From an uncultured Lysobacter sp. (GTDB lineage Bacteria; Pseudomonadota; Gammaproteobacteria; Xanthomonadales; Xanthomonadaceae), in assembly GCA_966210725.1 (NCBI GenBank), contig CBIHLN010000004.1:1132-65131 (forward strand): a stretch of DNA of 64,000 bases. Reading direction: 5' to 3'. Within the stretch, counting starts at the first letter, position 1. Every line of letters begins with the position of its first letter. The notes under the pieces were generated by a model. The model made no database searches, was not told the origin of the DNA, and saw only the letters and a list, made by a program, of their open reading frames with translations. The position numbers and the translations under genes were made by a program. Shown here piece after piece: positions 61,237 to 64,000 of the stretch.

Positions 61237-62295
61237 CTACTCCTGCAGGTACGCCCCGCACCCCGTGAATGTGCGATCCCGGATCCGCAACTCCGCCCCG
61301 GCTTCGAACGCCTCCCCGCTCATGCCGTCGCTGCAGGGCTCGCGCCGGATCGAGAGGACGACGGCGCTGCCATCGGCGGCCTCGCCCGCGAAGCCGTCCT
61401 CGGTCGCGCGGCCACGTGCTTCCACGCGGCGCTCGCCGTAGTCGAGTTCGGCGCGGATCGTCGGCGTCGTGCCGCCCCCCACCTCCACCCACCAGCCCGG
61501 CTCGTTGCCCATGGCGCGGAACGCGATGCCGCGCTGCGAGGCCTCGTACCAGGGCGAGGCGACCCCGCTGCGCGTGCATTCGCGCGCCTCGTCACCGGAC
61601 AGCGTCAGGCGGGCGGTGTCGCCCTTGGTCCAGAACTCCATGTCGGCATCGGCATAGCGCGCACCGGACGCGGCCATGGCCTGCGGAAGTACCGCACTGC
61701 GACCCGACCACCACAGGTGCACCGACGCCGGCGACGGGGCGAAGCGGCCGGTTACGCGCAGGTCGCCGCATTGCCAGTGCACCGCCGCCTCGTCGCCGGC
61801 CGGCGTGCTGGCCGCGTCGGAGCGGGCGGAGGCGCGCACCATGGGCAACTCGACCGCGATGTCCTGGCCCGGTGTCACCGGCGTGCGGGTGTCGGTCACG
61901 AACTGCAGCCGACCGTCACCGTCGTACAGCGAGGCGTGCAACCCGTAGCGATCGCCGTCGCGCACCTTGGCCGGGTCATAGGGCAGGGTGAAGCGGTACG
62001 GCGGGCCCGACGCGTTGTCGATGCGGATCTCCGCCATGACGGCCGCCGGGGTGTCCACCAGCCGGTTGTCGATCAGTTGGACCTGCAGGTGCGCACCGGG
62101 CACGAGGATGCGCTCGCGGTAGGTGGCGGTGCCGACGATCGAACCCTGAGCGGCGGGCGCGCCGCCGTAGGGCGTGTCCTCCGGCGCCGGCGCACTGATG
62201 CCGGGGTCGCGGGACTGGCACGCCGGCAATGCGAAGGCCATCGCGGCGGCCAGCAGCGCCGGGCCGATCGGCGAGGCAACGGGAAGGCGGGCCAT
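61237..62295 (-). CDS. Multidomain lipoprotein (YbaY/YscW-like N-terminal domain, MliC-like middle domain, Cys-containing C-terminal domain)
   Basis: Lipobox AFALPAC. GTATYRERILVPGAHLQVQLID...YGLHASL is YbaY-like. HWQCGDLRVTGRF...ASGARYADADMEFWTKGD is MliC-like. The C-terminus CSDGMSGE...FTGCG is also present. Confidence 0.65.
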   Translation of the reverse strand: MARLPVASPIGPALLAAAMAFALPACQSRDPGISAPAPEDTPYGGAPAAQGSIVGTATYRERILVPGAHLQVQLIDNRLVDTPAAVMAEIRIDNASGPPYRFTLPYDPAKVRDGDRYGLHASLYDGDGRLQFVTDTRTPVTPGQDIAVELPMVRASARSDAASTPAGDEAAVHWQCGDLRVTGRFAPSPASVHLWWSGRSAVLPQAMAASGARYADADMEFWTKGDTARLTLSGDEARECTRSGVASPWYEASQRGIAFRAMGNEPGWWVEVGGGTTPTIRAELDYGERRVEARGRATEDGFAGEAADGSAVVLSIRREPCSDGMSGEAFEAGAELRIRDRTFTGCGAYLQE

Positions 62296-62387
62296 GGCGG
62301 ACTCCGGTGAGCGCGGGGAGCCCGGATTATCCGGCCGCGGCCCGTTAGCCGGTTGTCATGGGCACGCCGGGGCCTCCGCAGGCGCCG

Positions 62388-62465
62388 CTGTAGGAGCGGC
62401 TGCAGCCGCGATCGGACCCTGTCCGTGCGACCGGTTCCAGATCGCGGCTGAAGCCGCTCCTGCAG
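62388..62465. repeat. REP-type long hairpin (CTGTAGGAGCGGCTGCAGCCGCGATC ... GATCGCGGCTGAAGCCGCTCCTGCAG)
   Basis: 26-nt arms at 62388-62413 and 62440-62465 are complementary apart from 2 mismatches. This GTAGGAGCGGC..GCCGCGA family is a common intergenic repeat in xanthomonads, recalled from memory. Confidence 0.75.
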
Positions 62466-62482
62466 GGGCAGGGTCGCTCCGG

Positions 62483-64000
62483 TTACTTCGGCGCGGTATC
62501 GACGCGCAGCACCGGGTACAGGTTCAAGCGGTCGTCCCACGCGCTGTGGCGGCGGTAGAAGAAGTCCAGCCGCGCGGCGGGGTCTCCGGCAAATGCCTCG
62601 TCCTCGCGCACGCGGCGCTCGAACTCGGCCTTCAGTGCAGGATCGGCCGCCAGCATCTCGCGCGCCACAACTTCGGCCACGTACGGCTCCATGTACTCCT
62701 TGCGTTCGAAGTGGTTGTTGAAGAAGCCCCACGCGGCGAGCGAATCGGGTGCCTGCGGCTCCAGCATCGCGATCACGACGCGCGACAGGGGCTGGGCGAC
62801 CGGGACGAACAGTGCGCCGGCGCCCAGGTCGTGCGTCTCACCGGCCCACGTGCCTTCGAGCGTGAGCCGCTGGTGGCTCTCCAGCGGCCGTGCGGAGAAC
62901 TCCACCGTGTCGGCGCGGAACGCCTGCACCGCGACGTCGTCCAGCGCCGCATCGAGCGTGCGGTACTGCACGCCATGCGCGTCCAAGCGCCCGGCCACCC
63001 AGTCCGCGTGCGTGGCCGGCACCAGATAGCCGGCACCTGGCGCTTCGATCACGCGTCCCGGCACCACGTCGTCGCGCAACGGGATGTTCCACACCTGCGG
63101 CGTGCTCTCGTCGTAGCGCGTCATCAGCGCGCCGGAGACATCCGACGGCGTGCGGGTGTAGGCATAGCCACGGAAGGGGATCGTCCGCGCGGCACCGGTC
63201 GCCTTGTAGTCCAGCGGCACGGGCGTGCCGGCGATGGCCGCGGCACGCGCGTCGGCCGCCTGCACCGCGTCCAGCCACTGCGCGCCGTGCTGCGCGACCA
63301 GTTCGACCACCGCGACAATGGTGTTGCGGGTCAACGCCACGCGGGTCGGGTAGTCCTTCCAGGAGTGGGTTTCGACCAGCATTCCGAACCGGTTGCGCGT
63401 CGACAGGTAGCCTTGGGAGAAGCGCGGCGGCGCCGCGCCGTCCTCGATGCCCGAGGCCGGGTTGTCGTACTCGACGAACGAGGGGTAGAACGGCAGCGGC
63501 AGCGCGCCCTGGTCGGCCAGGCGGGCGATGGTGGCATCGCGCAGCTGCGTGCCGATCACCTGCAGCACCTCGTCGCCGCCGTGCAGCGGTTCGACCTGGA
63601 TGGCGATGTCGTGTTCGAACTGCGCGCCGTTGGTGGCGTGCAGGTCGGCGACCACCAGCGGGTCCCACGTGTCCAGCAGCGACAGCATCGCCCGCATCTC
63701 CGGCGCGTCCGCCTTCAGGTAGTCGCGATTGAGGTTGTAGTTCTGCGCCGTGGTGCGCCAGCCCATCTGCTCGGGCCCGCGCTGGTTGGGCCGGTTCCAG
63801 GCGCCGAAGCGCTCGTGCCCGTCGACGTTGAACACGGGCACGAACAGCAGCACCTGCTTGCCCAGCGCGCCTTCGGCCGCCTCGCCCTCGAGCATCTGCC
63901 GCAGCGCCAGGAAGCCGGCGTCCTTGCCGTCGATCTCGCCGGCGTGGATGCCGCCCTGCATCAGGGTGACGGGGATGCCGCGCTCGGCGGCCTCCCGGGC
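62483..64000 (-). CDS. M14-family zinc carboxypeptidase-like protein, 5'-truncated by the window edge
   Basis: The frame stays open to the window end (..ERGIPVTLMQGGIHAGEIDGKDAG..). The HxxE zinc motif IHAGE is present, as are NVDGHERF and NLNRDYLK. Confidence 0.8.
   Translation of the reverse strand, partial: AREAAERGIPVTLMQGGIHAGEIDGKDAGFLALRQMLEGEAAEGALGKQVLLFVPVFNVDGHERFGAWNRPNQRGPEQMGWRTTAQNYNLNRDYLKADAPEMRAMLSLLDTWDPLVVADLHATNGAQFEHDIAIQVEPLHGGDEVLQVIGTQLRDATIARLADQGALPLPFYPSFVEYDNPASGIEDGAAPPRFSQGYLSTRNRFGMLVETHSWKDYPTRVALTRNTIVAVVELVAQHGAQWLDAVQAADARAAAIAGTPVPLDYKATGAARTIPFRGYAYTRTPSDVSGALMTRYDESTPQVWNIPLRDDVVPGRVIEAPGAGYLVPATHADWVAGRLDAHGVQYRTLDAALDDVAVQAFRADTVEFSARPLESHQRLTLEGTWAGETHDLGAGALFVPVAQPLSRVVIAMLEPQAPDSLAAWGFFNNHFERKEYMEPYVAEVVAREMLAADPALKAEFERRVREDEAFAGDPAARLDFFYRRHSAWDDRLNLYPVLRVDTAPK

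Overview
High-GC gammaproteobacterial chromosome segment; the repeat families and gene content look Xanthomonadales/Lysobacterales-like, which is inference only. Three blocks are visible. (1) 1-4482: core genes, namely class III PHA synthase phaE/phaC, an SGNH lipoprotein, a PspC-domain protein, an NRDE-family protein and tRNA-Leu(CAA). (2) 4459-41503: a ~37-kb genomic island inserted in the 3' end of that tRNA and bounded by a perfect 24-bp direct repeat. It carries a P4-type integrase, an AlpA/Xis-like gene and a small HUH Rep-like gene. Its first cargo is a ~24-kb heavy-metal module: a copL-copA-copB-cytochrome c-NTF2-DUF411-DUF326-DUF305-P-type ATPase operon on the minus strand, then czcCBA plus two CDF transporters and ynfA, then cusCBA on the plus strand. 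Its second cargo is a defence operon on the minus strand: hsdR-hsdM-hsdS plus a DUF262/DUF1524 GmrSD-like gene. (3) 41504-64000: core genes again, namely an orphan GspG-like pseudopilin with a GGDEF-EAL sensor, a cysteine-dioxygenase-like cupin, metX, the complete ccmABCDEFGHI operon, an aminotransferase, uup, an SDR, thpR, lipoproteins and a 5'-truncated M14 peptidase. I saw no rRNA, CRISPR array or IS transposase. The observations most worth follow-up are listed here. Repeated TGGGGGCA motifs sit in both island arms. Three small His/Cys-rich CopL/CzcI-like ORFs each head a metal operon, and no canonical metal regulator is present. CusB carries its N-terminal Met-motif module a second time at its C-terminus. 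The type I R-M operon includes a GmrSD-like gene, and its HsdR has a DUF4145 plus coiled-coil N-terminal extension. PhaE ends in a histone-H1-like tail. Many long ORFs in the track are GC-driven shadow frames and were rejected. All start codons were chosen by eye from Shine-Dalgarno spacing and ATGA/GTGA overlaps and are provisional.
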